This document shows, piece by piece, positions 41,836 through 52,290 of a stretch of 64,000 nt of DNA. The position numbers and the translations under genes are program-made. This stretch comes from Candidatus Marinacidobacterales bacterium. Its GTDB lineage: Bacteria > Acidobacteriota > Vicinamibacteria > Marinacidobacterales > DATDRI01. A model generated the notes under the pieces. It did not search any database. It was not told the DNA's origin and worked only from the letters and a program-made list of their open reading frames with translations. The DNA is taken from the NCBI GenBank assembly GCA_965219415.1, contig CBDCNP010000002.1, forward strand, positions 960,001 to 1,024,000, given 5' to 3'. The stretch's first letter is position 1. Every line of letters begins with the position of its first letter.

Positions 41836-43379
41836 TGCAGCGCAAAGTAGAGAGGCTGATTTTTGCGGTAGCGCTTGGAGCCGCTGTGTTAATTTCAGCG
41901 CCCGTGACTCGAGGGTTCCAGGAAAGGTCAGCCGATGCCCGTTACGTCAACCCTCTCGTCATGGAGAACGCCGGACGGCTCGCCGACCCCACGGTCATCA
42001 AGTTTGAAGGCAAGTACTACCTCTACCTAACCGGTGGCGTATCGCCGGGTGGCCGCTTTGGGGCGGCCGTCTGGTCATCCGACGACCTGGTGCATTGGGA
42101 GCATCAAAAGGTATCCATCGCGGAAGGCCGCGGGATCGGAGCTCCGACGGCTTTCACCTATAAGGGTTATGTCTACCTTACCGGCAACGATGTCGGGCTC
42201 TTCCGAAGCCGGAGTCCTTTGGGCCCCTTCGAATTCCTTGGCGATTTTGTAGACGAAAAGGGCCGCAGGCTAGAGCGAGATCTCTGCGAAGGCTGCGAGG
42301 ATGGCGGCGTCTTTGACCCCGCGATCTTCGTCGACGACGATGATCGAGTCTACTTGTATTACGCCGGCGGCTACACCGACGGCGTCTACGGTGTCGAGCT
42401 CGACCGAACGGACCTGAGGAAGTTTGCGGGCCCCTACAAACACTTCTTCCGCTTCGAGACGTCGCACATCTGGGAACGCTACGGCAGCCGGAACGAAATG
42501 AGTTCCGACAGCTGGATCGAGGGGCCCTGGATGACCAAACGCAAGGGAACGTATCACCTTCAGTATGCCGCTCCGGGAACCGACTGGAAAACCTACGGCG
42601 TGGGCGTGTACACCAGCACGAATCCTTTGGGTCCGTTCACCTACTACGAAGGGAGCCCCATCCTCGTCCACGACGGTGGCCTCATTAACGGTTCCGGCCA
42701 CCACAGCGTCGTCGAGGGTCCCAACGGAGGCCTATGGGCAATTTACACGCTGCTCTACCGAAACTGGAACCGTATGTTCGAGCGACGCATCGGCATGGAT
42801 CCGGTTGGCTTCGACGCGGACGGGAACATATTCATTCGCGGCCCATCCGAAACGCCGCAGTGGGCGCCGGGAATCAAAGCAAAACCATGGGAAGACAATG
42901 CGAGCGGATCGATTCCATTGTCTGAAGACAAGAACTACGTCGCCAGCAGCCAGGCTCCGGGCCGGAACGCTCCCTACGCCCTCGACAACAACGCCCGAAC
43001 GTGGTGGGCCCCGGCCGAAGACGACGCCGATCCGTGGCTTACGCTCGACCTCGCCGCGGGTTGGTCGCAACACTACATCGCCGACTCCGCCCGGATCCTT
43101 TTCACGCTACCGGAAGGTGAAGTGGAAGACGAGTACAGCCCGAACAACGATCGCGGTCAATCGAGAAAACGGCGGTACAAGATCGAGGTCTCGTCGGATG
43201 GCGAAAACTTCACCACCGTTGTGGATAAGACCGACAACGACAAGGACAACTCTGTCGAATTCGATGAATTCGAGCCGGTTCAATGTCGCTACGTGCGACT
43301 GACCCTTACCGCCTGGCCGAAAGATGTTCGACGCGGCGTTCTCGAGTTTACGGTTTTCGGGGTCCCCACACCTCCCTGA
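41832..43379 (+). CDS. Glycoside hydrolase family 43 with C-terminal F5/8 type C (discoidin) domain
   Basis: LADPTV, FDPAIFVDDD, WIEGPW, GHHSV five-blade propeller motifs; YKIEVSSDG...RYVRL. Confidence 0.88.
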   Translation: MMQRKVERLIFAVALGAAVLISAPVTRGFQERSADARYVNPLVMENAGRLADPTVIKFEGKYYLYLTGGVSPGGRFGAAVWSSDDLVHWEHQKVSIAEGRGIGAPTAFTYKGYVYLTGNDVGLFRSRSPLGPFEFLGDFVDEKGRRLERDLCEGCEDGGVFDPAIFVDDDDRVYLYYAGGYTDGVYGVELDRTDLRKFAGPYKHFFRFETSHIWERYGSRNEMSSDSWIEGPWMTKRKGTYHLQYAAPGTDWKTYGVGVYTSTNPLGPFTYYEGSPILVHDGGLINGSGHHSVVEGPNGGLWAIYTLLYRNWNRMFERRIGMDPVGFDADGNIFIRGPSETPQWAPGIKAKPWEDNASGSIPLSEDKNYVASSQAPGRNAPYALDNNARTWWAPAEDDADPWLTLDLAAGWSQHYIADSARILFTLPEGEVEDEYSPNNDRGQSRKRRYKIEVSSDGENFTTVVDKTDNDKDNSVEFDEFEPVQCRYVRLTLTAWPKDVRRGVLEFTVFGVPTPP

Positions 43380-43387
43380 CCACTCTT

Positions 43388-43439
43388 ACCTCTCCCCCCT
43401 GGGGGAGAGGTCGCCCGCCGAAGGCGGACGGGTGAGGGG
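43388..43439. repeat. BoxC-like palindromic element between convergent genes
   Basis: ACCTCTCCCCCCTGGGGGAGAGGTCGCCCGCCGAAGGCGGACGGGTGAGGGG, a near copy of the 21498 unit core. Confidence 0.85.
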
Positions 43440-43490
43440 CTGGTGGATAGCGGCGATGAAGCCCCGGCTTCTATTTCACCGTGACGTCCA

Positions 43491-44477
43491 CTAGTACGGG
43501 AAATCCATAATCGCCTGGATCTTGTCTCTTCCACCCACCTTGTCCGCCCATTTGTCGTACACAGGCTCCGCGGCTGCAATAAACGATTCTCTGTCAGGAT
43601 ACGTAATATTGACGCCTGCTTCTTCCAGTTGGCTCAAGAGCTCCTTGTCTCGCTCCGCGTAGAGCTCTCTCTCGTATGCGGCTATTTCCCTGCCGGTATC
43701 ATCCAATACCTTTTGCAGGTCCGGGGGAAGATCGTCATAAAAAGCCTTGCTCAGTACGAGGGGTGCCACCAAATGCAACCACCCTATTTGAGCCCAATTT
43801 GGACTTACTTCATAAATTCTATTTCCCCAGTAGTTGGAGTTGGCGGCTTCGGCGCCATCGATCACACCAGTCTCCAGGGACGTGTACAGTTCGCTATAAG
43901 ACATGGGCAAGGGACTGGCGCCGAAGGCGCTGAATACGTCCAGGTGCGCTGGGTTTTCCATCGTGCGAATCTTGAGCCCCTTCAGATCCTCGATTGAATT
44001 GATTGGTTGCTCGGTGGTCAGAATATGACGCACGCCATGCGACATGAAACCCAACAGATGAAAGCCGCGTTCCTCCAACGCGGCGGCATAGTCCCACGCC
44101 AACGGAGAATCCATCACCGCGTGAAAGTGCTTGTTGCTTTCGAACAAGAAGGGCATCTCGAAGATCATCAACTCCGGCACAAATGTGGCTAGCGGAGAGT
44201 TAGCAGCCATATGCATTTGCACCGTTCCCAGCAAGACCCCTTCAATAAGGTCCCGATCCATGCCGAGGACTCCCCCTTCATAGACCTGGACCTTGATTCT
44301 TCCGTTCGAGCGCTCTCCTACCAGCTCTGCGAAGCGTTTCAAGGCGATGCTCGGCGGCTCGGTAGCCACCGTCGAAACACCCGTTTTGATGATGTACACA
44401 CCGTCGCCACCGCAGGAAAGAACGCCTAGACAAAAGACCGCGATGGCCAAAGCCGATCTGGATCCACTCTGCGACAT
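43491..44477 (-). CDS. dctP: TRAP transporter substrate-binding lipoprotein
   Basis: VLSC lipobox; DLKGLKIRTM, FGASPLPMSYSELYTSLETGVIDGAE. Confidence 0.92.
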   Translation of the reverse strand: MSQSGSRSALAIAVFCLGVLSCGGDGVYIIKTGVSTVATEPPSIALKRFAELVGERSNGRIKVQVYEGGVLGMDRDLIEGVLLGTVQMHMAANSPLATFVPELMIFEMPFLFESNKHFHAVMDSPLAWDYAAALEERGFHLLGFMSHGVRHILTTEQPINSIEDLKGLKIRTMENPAHLDVFSAFGASPLPMSYSELYTSLETGVIDGAEAANSNYWGNRIYEVSPNWAQIGWLHLVAPLVLSKAFYDDLPPDLQKVLDDTGREIAAYERELYAERDKELLSQLEEAGVNITYPDRESFIAAAEPVYDKWADKVGGRDKIQAIMDFPY

Positions 44478-44486
44478 TATTCGGCG

Positions 44487-45773
44487 TTACCGCGCCATAT
44501 TAGGCAGCCACGCAAAGATCTGAGGGAAAAACATGACCAGCAAAAAGACAAACAGCATAGATACCGCCATCGGCACTACTTGCGGTGTTGCTTCCCGGAT
44601 ACTAACGCCTGTCATGCTACACGATACGAACAGGTTGACGCCAAAAGGAGGTGTCACATAGCCAATCGCCCACCCCACCATGAGGATCATGCCGAAATGT
44701 ACGCGATCGATCCCGAACTCCGTCGCAATCGGCAGGAGGAGCGGCGCGAAGATGATGGTCGCGGAAAAGGTCTCCATGAACATGCCGATGATCAGGACAA
44801 TGATGCCCAAGTAGAGAAGGAACTCGACCCGCGAGTCCACCGCGTCGGTGACAAATCCGGTTATCGTCAGAGGCAACTGATGAGCTGTTATCACCCAGGA
44901 AAAAATGAAGGCGGTGGCGTTTATGAGAATAATGGCCGCGGCGAACTTCGCGGACTTGAATAGGATGCCGGGCACGTCCGCCACGTCCAGCTCTCGATAC
45001 ACGTATCTCGCCACGATGAAACCGTAAACCACCGCCACCACGGCGGCTTCGGTCACTGTAAAGACTCCGCCCAGTATTCCAAAGACAATGATGAAGGGTA
45101 GGCCAAGGCCGGGAAGAGCTTCTATTCCCTTCTTAAGGGTTCGCTTTGGACTAAACTCGTGCGTCGATGGCTCATAGGCTGCACCACCCCTCAGCGCATG
45201 AATGTAGGCCACCACCATCAAGCCCACCCCGATGAGGAGACCCGGTACCACTCCCGCCAGGAACAACTGAATGACGGATGTGTCCGTCATATAGCCGATG
45301 ACGATCAGCATGATGCTGGGTGGGATGACCGGACCGATTGAGCCCGCGGCCGCGAGGAGCGCGGTTGCGAATCTCATGTTGTAGCCCTTTTCCTTCATCA
45401 CCGGCAGCATGACGGATCCGACTGCCGCCGTACCGGCCGCCGCCGACCCAGAAATGGAAGCAAATAGGATGGACGATCCCACGCTGATCATGGCAAGGCT
45501 GCCCCGGATGAAACCCAAGAGCTCGGTAATGAAGTCCACCAAACGTTTGGACATGCCTCCCGCGCTCATCAATTCCCCCGACAAGATGAATAAAGGGATG
45601 GACATCATCAACCAAGAATCCAGGCCAAAGAACATTCTCTGCGTCAAAAGAGTGAGTGGAATGTTCCCGTCAACTAGGAGTGCAAGGAGGCTGCTGATAC
45701 CGATAGCAAATGCTATGGGCATCCCGACCAAGAAGAGCACCACCATACTTAAGAAGAGGATCACCAGGGTCAT
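44487..45773 (-). CDS. dctM: TRAP transporter large permease
   Basis: IPLFILSGELM, ISGSAAA, IPPSI, TPPFGVNLF. Confidence 0.95.
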   Translation of the reverse strand: MTLVILFLSMVVLFLVGMPIAFAIGISSLLALLVDGNIPLTLLTQRMFFGLDSWLMMSIPLFILSGELMSAGGMSKRLVDFITELLGFIRGSLAMISVGSSILFASISGSAAAGTAAVGSVMLPVMKEKGYNMRFATALLAAAGSIGPVIPPSIMLIVIGYMTDTSVIQLFLAGVVPGLLIGVGLMVVAYIHALRGGAAYEPSTHEFSPKRTLKKGIEALPGLGLPFIIVFGILGGVFTVTEAAVVAVVYGFIVARYVYRELDVADVPGILFKSAKFAAAIILINATAFIFSWVITAHQLPLTITGFVTDAVDSRVEFLLYLGIIVLIIGMFMETFSATIIFAPLLLPIATEFGIDRVHFGMILMVGWAIGYVTPPFGVNLFVSCSMTGVSIREATPQVVPMAVSMLFVFLLVMFFPQIFAWLPNMAR

Positions 45774-45776
45774 GTC

Positions 45777-46283
45777 CTAACGAGTCTCCGGCTCCGATTT
45801 GTTGGCGGACAACAGCTCGAGAAAGACCTTCAAGCTCTCTAGCAGCATTAGGGTTCCTGCAACGGGAAAGACAAGATAGACGGCGCTAATGGATATGTGA
45901 AGGGCGGGTGACGTCTGGGATTGTGCGGTCACCATCATCTTGATCCCCGCGACGATGAGGACGCCAAAGAAAATCATCATCAGTATCGTGACCGCGAGGG
46001 ACAGGATTCTTCTATGACGCGTCGGCAGGTAATGGACCAGATAGTCGACCGCTAGGTGACTACCTTCATAAATACAAACCGATGCGGCCAGTAAAACAAT
46101 CCACACCTGTAAATACCTCGCCAGCTCCTCCGACCAAGAAAAAGGATCATTAAAGACAAAACGCCAGATGACCTGAGCGAAAACCACGACAACTTGCAGG
46201 GCAAACATGGAGACAACGGCAACGTACACAGCTTTGCGTACCGGTCGCAGGACAGAATTAAGGCTCCGTATCAACACTGTCAT
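45777..46283 (-). CDS. dctQ: TRAP transporter small permease
   Basis: QVIWRF, WSEELARY, HLAVD; four TM helices. Confidence 0.92.
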   Translation of the reverse strand: MTVLIRSLNSVLRPVRKAVYVAVVSMFALQVVVVFAQVIWRFVFNDPFSWSEELARYLQVWIVLLAASVCIYEGSHLAVDYLVHYLPTRHRRILSLAVTILMMIFFGVLIVAGIKMMVTAQSQTSPALHISISAVYLVFPVAGTLMLLESLKVFLELLSANKSEPETR

Positions 46284-46321
46284 ATGTAGCCCCTTATTCT
46301 TGAATGGACGTTAGCGCAGAA

Positions 46322-47263
46322 CTACCGCAGGTTGGGAGACCACGAGGGAAATCTGTCATCACCCGGGCTATTCGTCAGCACTACCTGACCGGACCCATCG
46401 CTACGCATGACGCATATGTCCCAATTCCTGTTCCTGTTGGTCTCGAAGACGACCATCGAGCCGTCGAACGACCAACGTGGATGGCGATCTTGGTAGGGTG
46501 AGTTTGTGGTGATGGAGGCGAGTGGTGTGGAGAGGATCCGTTGGCCCGAGCCATCGGCATGCATCACTGCAATGCTCATGCGATTCCATTCGAAGACAAT
46601 CAACGAACCATCGGGCGACCAGGCCGGAAAACCTTCCGCCTCGGAACTGTCAGTCAACTGCACCCGGTTCATACCATCCAAATCGATGGCGAAAACGTTG
46701 ACAACGCCACTGGCGAAAGTAGGATCCATATCCCTTTCGACGATAAGCCCAGCCCCGTCAGGGAACCATGTCGGCGCTTTTGCGTTGATTTCACTGCGGG
46801 TCACTCTGCGCTGACCCGACCCGTCAGAACCCATGACGTAGGCCTCGACTCTCCCGTCTCGATCCGAGCTGAAAGCAATTTGAGAGCCATCGGGGGACCA
46901 AGTCGGGAAGTTATCGTCGGAGGAGTTTTCTGTTAAGCGACGCTGGCCGAAGCCATCCGTGTTCATTACGTAGATTTCCGTGTTTCCGTCTCGGTCCGAT
47001 TCGAACGCGATCCTCTCACCGTCGGGCGACCACGAGGGATGGTGATCCCCGGCGGCACTATCGGTCAGCCGTTTCTGGGCCGATCCGTCCGCCCGCATCA
47101 CGTAGATTTCCGAATTGCCATCACGGTCCGACTCGAAAACGATCATCGAAATGAGTTCCTGAGCGTTCGCATGGACCAAGGCCAAGAAGAAGTGCAACAG
47201 CGCGAGTACAGCTAGCGTGTGGTACGTAGACATCTTGCTACCACAATCTCTTGATCTCGTCAT
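46322..47263 (-). CDS. Secreted TolB-like PD40 beta-propeller protein
   Basis: Repeated [22 protein letters not shown] units; signal peptide. Confidence 0.88.
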   Translation of the reverse strand: MTRSRDCGSKMSTYHTLAVLALLHFFLALVHANAQELISMIVFESDRDGNSEIYVMRADGSAQKRLTDSAAGDHHPSWSPDGERIAFESDRDGNTEIYVMNTDGFGQRRLTENSSDDNFPTWSPDGSQIAFSSDRDGRVEAYVMGSDGSGQRRVTRSEINAKAPTWFPDGAGLIVERDMDPTFASGVVNVFAIDLDGMNRVQLTDSSEAEGFPAWSPDGSLIVFEWNRMSIAVMHADGSGQRILSTPLASITTNSPYQDRHPRWSFDGSMVVFETNRNRNWDICVMRSDGSGQVVLTNSPGDDRFPSWSPNLR

Positions 47264-50048
47264 CGTAACCAGTCATCTCCCATCTGATAAGCGACGTGGG
47301 GATCACGCCGGCGGCAAAGAACTCATCCATGAACGGTCGCAGGTTAAACTCGTCCCCCCGTTGTTGAGCCCTGTCTCGAAGAAGCTTCATGAAGTGGACC
47401 TTTCCAACCACCATCTGCGCATGCCAACCGACCTGACGGAGCGTAGTTTCCATCTCATGCCACAAATGGGGACTGTCATCGAGTAACTCTCCGTGCGGCG
47501 CATTCGCAACACAGTACTCCATGGCTTCCTTCAGGCTCCATGCTCCGCTGTGCATGTATACGTCCGAGAGCGCGCGCACTGTGCGAAACGCCGCCTGTTC
47601 GTACGCGATCTCTCTTCCTCTACGGGGCCGTTCGTCGAGATATCCGGCATGCATAAGCAGTTCTTCCAATGCGAAGGCGAACCCTTCTAACCGTGCAACG
47701 GCCATATAATACGGTCCCTCGTGCTCTCGGTTCCCGCGGATTGGGCGATCGTCTTGCCAGACCCGCAGCAGATCGAAGTGGTGACCGACCAGTTCATGAG
47801 TCTCCTCCATCACCGGCTCGCGATGTGAAAAATTGAGGAAGTAGTCATGCTTCTCCGGCCAGGGTCGGTACGTTCTCCGCAAGTTGGATTCCAAATACTC
47901 ATCGGTTACTAGATAGTCTTGAACCGTGAAAATTTCCTCATCTCGAAGAAAATCCATGACGTGCTGGACGGTTTCCTGGATGCTCTGTCGCCTTTCCTCC
48001 TGCGATGCCACCGGCTTCAACGGTGGAAGATTGCGGTTTCTGTTCTCTTCGAGCTTCTGGAACGTAATGACACGGTTGTCTTCCAGTTCCACGATGGTGC
48101 GGACCTCGTTCCAGGTATAGGGAAAGAGATAGACGTTCTTGAGCAACCAGTTGTAGTTCTCTATTCCGACGCCAGCAGAGGCCGTCATCTTCTCCAGGTT
48201 CTCTTTCAGCCAGCCGAGATAGCCGTCAGTTGCAGCCTGGGCTCTTTCTGCATCGGCAACCAGCTCGGGATGGTGCTCGGCCAACTGGCTCCCAAGCTCC
48301 GCGAAAGGAGAGGCGTTTCCCTCCATGTTGTGGGTGGCAAAGACCGCGAGATCGCCGGCTACCTCCGACAGGTTCTCCAGATTCGCTTGGGCCTGATTGT
48401 AGAACTCTGGAATCGCCCGAAGTGACGTCTTGAGCCCGGCGAGGTCTTTTTCGGGGAGAGGTAATTCGAGGTTCCACGGCGGTCTAGGTGCTACATCGTT
48501 GTAGAATCCGGGGTCGCTCGACCAGGGGCGGAGGACCCGATGCCGGAACTCGAGCCCATTCATCTCCGCGCGGACAAGGTGATAATCGATTTGCTCCGAT
48601 ACCGACCAGTCACTTGGGTCAATTGTGGCGAGACGGTTCTGGAATGCCTTCAGCGCGCCATACTCGTCCTCCACAGCCTTTGCCGTGTAGTCGGGCACGC
48701 CGTCGACTAGCTTCGGTTCCTGAAACTCACGGAATTCATTGAACAGGCTGAGAAGCTGCGCACGGTCGCCGCCGGGCTCGACTTCTGTATCACTGAACTT
48801 GAGGACTTCAATACCAGTTAACTCATCGGCTCCATCGCGACCGGAAATAGTATCCGTCACCTTGAATTTGTTGTGATTTCTTACGAACTCGTACTCAGAA
48901 GATCTTCCAGAAAATACCGCCGTATCGTGCCCTTCCTCACCTGAGATCACGTCGTTACCCGCTCCACCGGTGATGGTGTTATCACCCTCGTTTCCGGTCA
49001 ATTGGTTATCTTGGTCATTGCCGAGAATGTTCGTATCCTTGTCGCCGGTCAACGTTATGTTGACGAGATAGCGCGACTTGAGTGTGTACTCCTTGTCCTT
49101 ATCGAGCACTGTCGAAAAAGTGCCTTCGAACTCGGGATCGATATAGGCGTTGTAGGTCAAATACTGTGGCCAGAATTGATCGACCACATCGTACAGAGGG
49201 CGGTCTCCCGCCTTCATTTCGGCTTTGGAATGAAACGGATACTCGTCTCCAAAGGCTGTCCCATCCCCTTGGGGGTTGTGTTCCCATAGGCCGAAATAGA
49301 TGTCGAAACCGTTGATGATGTATTCATGCGGAGCCGGACGGCCATACTTGTAGATTCCCGCATCAACCGCGCGCGTTTCGGCGTCTACAATCGCTTGATG
49401 ATACTCCGGCAGCGCATGCTCTATTCCCTTGCCGTGGACGAGATGCATGATCTCCTCGTAGGACGCATCGCGTGTAAAGAACTTTCCGGGTTCCGCTTCA
49501 TTGTGGATATAGGTATAGCTTCCCTCGACCGGAGATTCTGTGGCGTATAGGTCCTGCGTTCTGAGCTCTGACTCCCTGAGTATCGGCCGCATGGCAAAGG
49601 ACTTTGCCTGGGTATCGGTGTAAATGAGGGTTGCTCTGACATCACCCATCCTGTTGGCGATGGCGGTCTTGTCACTCCCGTACTTCGTGCCCGGAGCGTC
49701 GGTCACATGGTACTTCAGAATTTCTCGTGCCCTTACGAGCTGCAAATCGCTCACCCGGGACTGGGCAAAGATATGAATCGGCTTACCATTGGGCGCCACA
49801 TGCTTGGTGTATTTCGAGAACAAGCCATTCAAGGTCTTCCCGACGCCCTCTGGGAGCGGCACGACACCATTACTCGCTATTGAGGTATCGATATGTTCCA
49901 GAACCTCATAGTCGATGTCGACTTTGTCCGGGACGTCGTAATTGATCTCCTCACGCGCCCCGGGCCGGTTCGGATCCGGCCCCTGCTGTCCTGTCGACGT
50001 GACGGAGAATGCCATCATGACGGCCAAAAGCGCCGATACTCTTTTCAT
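47238..50048 (-). CDS. Secreted multidomain protein: zincin-like domain + RTX-type Ca-binding repeats + DUF885
   Basis: Signal peptide MKRVSALL; [11 protein letters not shown]; [30 protein letters not shown]; C-terminal [29 protein letters not shown] typical of DUF885. Confidence 0.7.
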   Translation of the reverse strand: MKRVSALLAVMMAFSVTSTGQQGPDPNRPGAREEINYDVPDKVDIDYEVLEHIDTSIASNGVVPLPEGVGKTLNGLFSKYTKHVAPNGKPIHIFAQSRVSDLQLVRAREILKYHVTDAPGTKYGSDKTAIANRMGDVRATLIYTDTQAKSFAMRPILRESELRTQDLYATESPVEGSYTYIHNEAEPGKFFTRDASYEEIMHLVHGKGIEHALPEYHQAIVDAETRAVDAGIYKYGRPAPHEYIINGFDIYFGLWEHNPQGDGTAFGDEYPFHSKAEMKAGDRPLYDVVDQFWPQYLTYNAYIDPEFEGTFSTVLDKDKEYTLKSRYLVNITLTGDKDTNILGNDQDNQLTGNEGDNTITGGAGNDVISGEEGHDTAVFSGRSSEYEFVRNHNKFKVTDTISGRDGADELTGIEVLKFSDTEVEPGGDRAQLLSLFNEFREFQEPKLVDGVPDYTAKAVEDEYGALKAFQNRLATIDPSDWSVSEQIDYHLVRAEMNGLEFRHRVLRPWSSDPGFYNDVAPRPPWNLELPLPEKDLAGLKTSLRAIPEFYNQAQANLENLSEVAGDLAVFATHNMEGNASPFAELGSQLAEHHPELVADAERAQAATDGYLGWLKENLEKMTASAGVGIENYNWLLKNVYLFPYTWNEVRTIVELEDNRVITFQKLEENRNRNLPPLKPVASQEERRQSIQETVQHVMDFLRDEEIFTVQDYLVTDEYLESNLRRTYRPWPEKHDYFLNFSHREPVMEETHELVGHHFDLLRVWQDDRPIRGNREHEGPYYMAVARLEGFAFALEELLMHAGYLDERPRRGREIAYEQAAFRTVRALSDVYMHSGAWSLKEAMEYCVANAPHGELLDDSPHLWHEMETTLRQVGWHAQMVVGKVHFMKLLRDRAQQRGDEFNLRPFMDEFFAAGVIPTSLIRWEMTGYDDEIKRLW

Positions 50049-50085
50049 CTCGACCACCTTTCTCGAGAGCTCGAGAGAGCCGCGG

Positions 50086-50130
50086 ACGTCAATGTTCGAA
50101 ACAGGCTCCCATCGGGGGCGAATGGTATCA
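50086..50130 (-). promoter_or_regulatory. Shared promoter/leader motif, copy 1
   Basis: Minus strand TGATACCAT (extended -10-like) + hairpin + CATTGACGT; near-duplicated at 52186-52230. Confidence 0.6.
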
Positions 50131-50283
50131 CTTATCGTCGTGGGTCCAGACAAGGTGAGACTTGCAGGCAAGCCTTCGATGGCATCGAGGGTTCCCTCTC
50201 CAACTTGGATCTGCTATTCTTCGGCCTCTGAGGTTGTAGTCAGAGAACGAGTTCAGAATTCACTAAGGATTGAAGAGGATGCC

Positions 50284-51201
50284 ATGCGGCTAAAAGTCGA
50301 CTGGGCAGGTGTTTACCCTGCCGTACCCACACAATTCAATAAGGACCTGTCCTTGGACCTGGAGACTACTCAAAAGCATATTCAGGCCCTCCTAGACGAT
50401 GGCATTCATGGCCTGGTGATGCTGGGCACCATCGGTGAAAACGCCTCCCTCACCAGGGAAGAAAAAGTACGCGTGCTGCGTGCGACGGTGGAAGTGGCCG
50501 GCGGTAAAGTCCCTGTGCTCACCGGCGCCGCCGAGTATACGCCTCAGTTTGCATCCGACTGGGTGAAGGCGGCCGGCGAGGCCGGGGCGGACGGGATCAT
50601 GCTCTTGCCGTCCATGGTGTACAACTCCGATCCGCGTGAAACCCTCAACCACTATCGCACCGTTGCCAACTCCACCGAGCTGCCCATCATGTGCTACAAC
50701 AACCCGCCGGTATATCGCGTCGACATCACGCCCGAGATGTTCAAGGAATTGATGGATGTGGACAACATTGTTTGCATCAAAGAGGCCTCGGGGGATATCC
50801 GTAGGGTCACCGACCTGGTCAACGCTGTGGGGGATCGGTTCATCCTCTTCTCCGGTCTCGACGATTTTGCTTTGGAAAGCGTCATGTTGGGTTGCGCCGG
50901 TTGGGTTTCCGGTCTAGTGGATGCCTTCCCACGAGAAAACCGGATGCTCTGGGACGCCGCGAGCTCAGGCGATTACGAGAAAGCCGTAGAGATCTACCGA
51001 TGGTACATGCCGATGCTGCACTTTGATTCCAACCCCAAACTCGTGCAGTACATCAAGCTCACCTGTCAGGAGATGGGTTACGGAACTGAGCTGACTCGTC
51101 CGCCGCGCCTGGCGTTGATCGGAGAAGAGCGCGAGCGCGTTCTCAAGATTGTGCGTGACTGCGCGGCCACTCGTCCCAAAGAAGCTCAGGTTCGAGCCTG
51201 A
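50284..51201 (+). CDS. Dihydrodipicolinate synthase family protein, likely pyrroline-hydroxy-carboxylate deaminase (LhpC-like)
   Basis: LGTIGE, CYNNP, CIKEASGD (Schiff-base Lys), KLVQYIKL; neighbour of an LhpI-like gene. Confidence 0.8.
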   Translation: MRLKVDWAGVYPAVPTQFNKDLSLDLETTQKHIQALLDDGIHGLVMLGTIGENASLTREEKVRVLRATVEVAGGKVPVLTGAAEYTPQFASDWVKAAGEAGADGIMLLPSMVYNSDPRETLNHYRTVANSTELPIMCYNNPPVYRVDITPEMFKELMDVDNIVCIKEASGDIRRVTDLVNAVGDRFILFSGLDDFALESVMLGCAGWVSGLVDAFPRENRMLWDAASSGDYEKAVEIYRWYMPMLHFDSNPKLVQYIKLTCQEMGYGTELTRPPRLALIGEERERVLKIVRDCAATRPKEAQVRA

Positions 51202-51206
51202 GCGGC

Positions 51207-52160
51207 TTACTTCGAGGCCGCATAGGCCTTGCTTGCCGCTACCAGGTCGGCTAACGCCTGGCCAATGGCCTTGAACACGGTGATTTCTTTGTCGTTGGTT
51301 CTCAACTCGGCCTTGCCCTGACACATTTCGGTCAGCTCGGCAACGACGTCCTCTTTGCGGAACACACCCTCCTTGATCGGGACCAGAATCTCACCGGCTT
51401 CCTTGAAGGCGTTGACGTAGCTGTCCACATAGACCTTGCCTTTGGTGATGACTTCGGTGTCACATTCTCTCTTGTCGGCGTGATGGTTGCCTATGAAGTC
51501 CAAGTGCGTGCCCTCCTTGACCCAGGCACCCTTTATCAAAATTTCTGGGGAAGATGTCGCGCAAATAACGATGTCCGCGTCGCCACAGGCCCGCTCCAAA
51601 TCGCTGATCACAGAGAATTCAATGTTGGGCAATTCTTTTGACATCTTTGCTGCAACCGCTTCGGCATCGGCAATCGGGGGCATACCATCAGGCACGCCCC
51701 AAATCATTATTTTCTTGAGGGGTCGCACCGAGGCGTTGGCCCGGATCATGTACGTAGCCAGGTTGCCGGTGCCCAAGAGCAACATGGTGGAAGAATCTTC
51801 ACGGCTCAACAAGCGTGTGGCCAATCCCGACGTCCCGCCGGTCCGCCAGAAGGTGCACGTCGTGCCGTCCACCAGAGCCAGGGGCTCGCCGTGTTCCCGA
51901 TCGAAGATCATGAGTTTCGAGTACAGCAGCGGGTAAGGTTTCTTGTTGCTCGGGTAGTAGGTGAAAGCCTTCACAGCGATCATCTTGTCATTCCAGGCGG
52001 GCAGCAGTGCAAAGGCATCGAAGTTCTCGGGGTTGTCATCCAGCAGAAACACCTGGCGCGGGGGCTGTTTGAAAGTCCCGGCGAGGGCCTCTTGCAGCCC
52101 ATCCACCATGTCGGGATAGCTGAGTGCGGCGTGTACTTGGTCGGCGTCGATAATCTTCAT
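51207..52160 (-). CDS. lhpI: Ornithine cyclodeaminase/mu-crystallin family, pyrroline-2-carboxylate reductase-like
   Basis: DAFALLPAWN, KAFTYYP, LALVDGT..TFWRT, GTGNLA, ITVFKAIGQALADL; matches the LhpI pattern as I recall it. Confidence 0.75.
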   Translation of the reverse strand: MKIIDADQVHAALSYPDMVDGLQEALAGTFKQPPRQVFLLDDNPENFDAFALLPAWNDKMIAVKAFTYYPSNKKPYPLLYSKLMIFDREHGEPLALVDGTTCTFWRTGGTSGLATRLLSREDSSTMLLLGTGNLATYMIRANASVRPLKKIMIWGVPDGMPPIADAEAVAAKMSKELPNIEFSVISDLERACGDADIVICATSSPEILIKGAWVKEGTHLDFIGNHHADKRECDTEVITKGKVYVDSYVNAFKEAGEILVPIKEGVFRKEDVVAELTEMCQGKAELRTNDKEITVFKAIGQALADLVAASKAYAASK

Positions 52161-52185
52161 GATTGTAGACCTCTCTTAGAATTCC

Positions 52186-52230
52186 ACGTCAATGTCCGGA
52201 ACGGCTCCCCATGGGAGGGGAATGGTATCA
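52186..52230 (-). promoter_or_regulatory. Shared promoter/leader motif, copy 2
   Basis: ACGTCAATGTCCGGAACGGCTCCCCATGGGAGGGGAATGGTATCA versus ACGTCAATGTTCGAAACAGGCTCCCATCGGGGGCGAATGGTATCA. Confidence 0.6.
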
Positions 52231-52290
52231 TGACCCGCGGTGATCGCTGCCTGGACATTTAGCGACAATCCAAGCAGAAAAGGAGGCGCA

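Noticed and set aside
49942-50283. N-terminal extensions of the DHDPS-family ORF and of ORFs at 40051, 3224, 58849 and 36883
   Set aside because: They overlap neighbouring genes or the IS; family similarity and SD position support the downstream starts.
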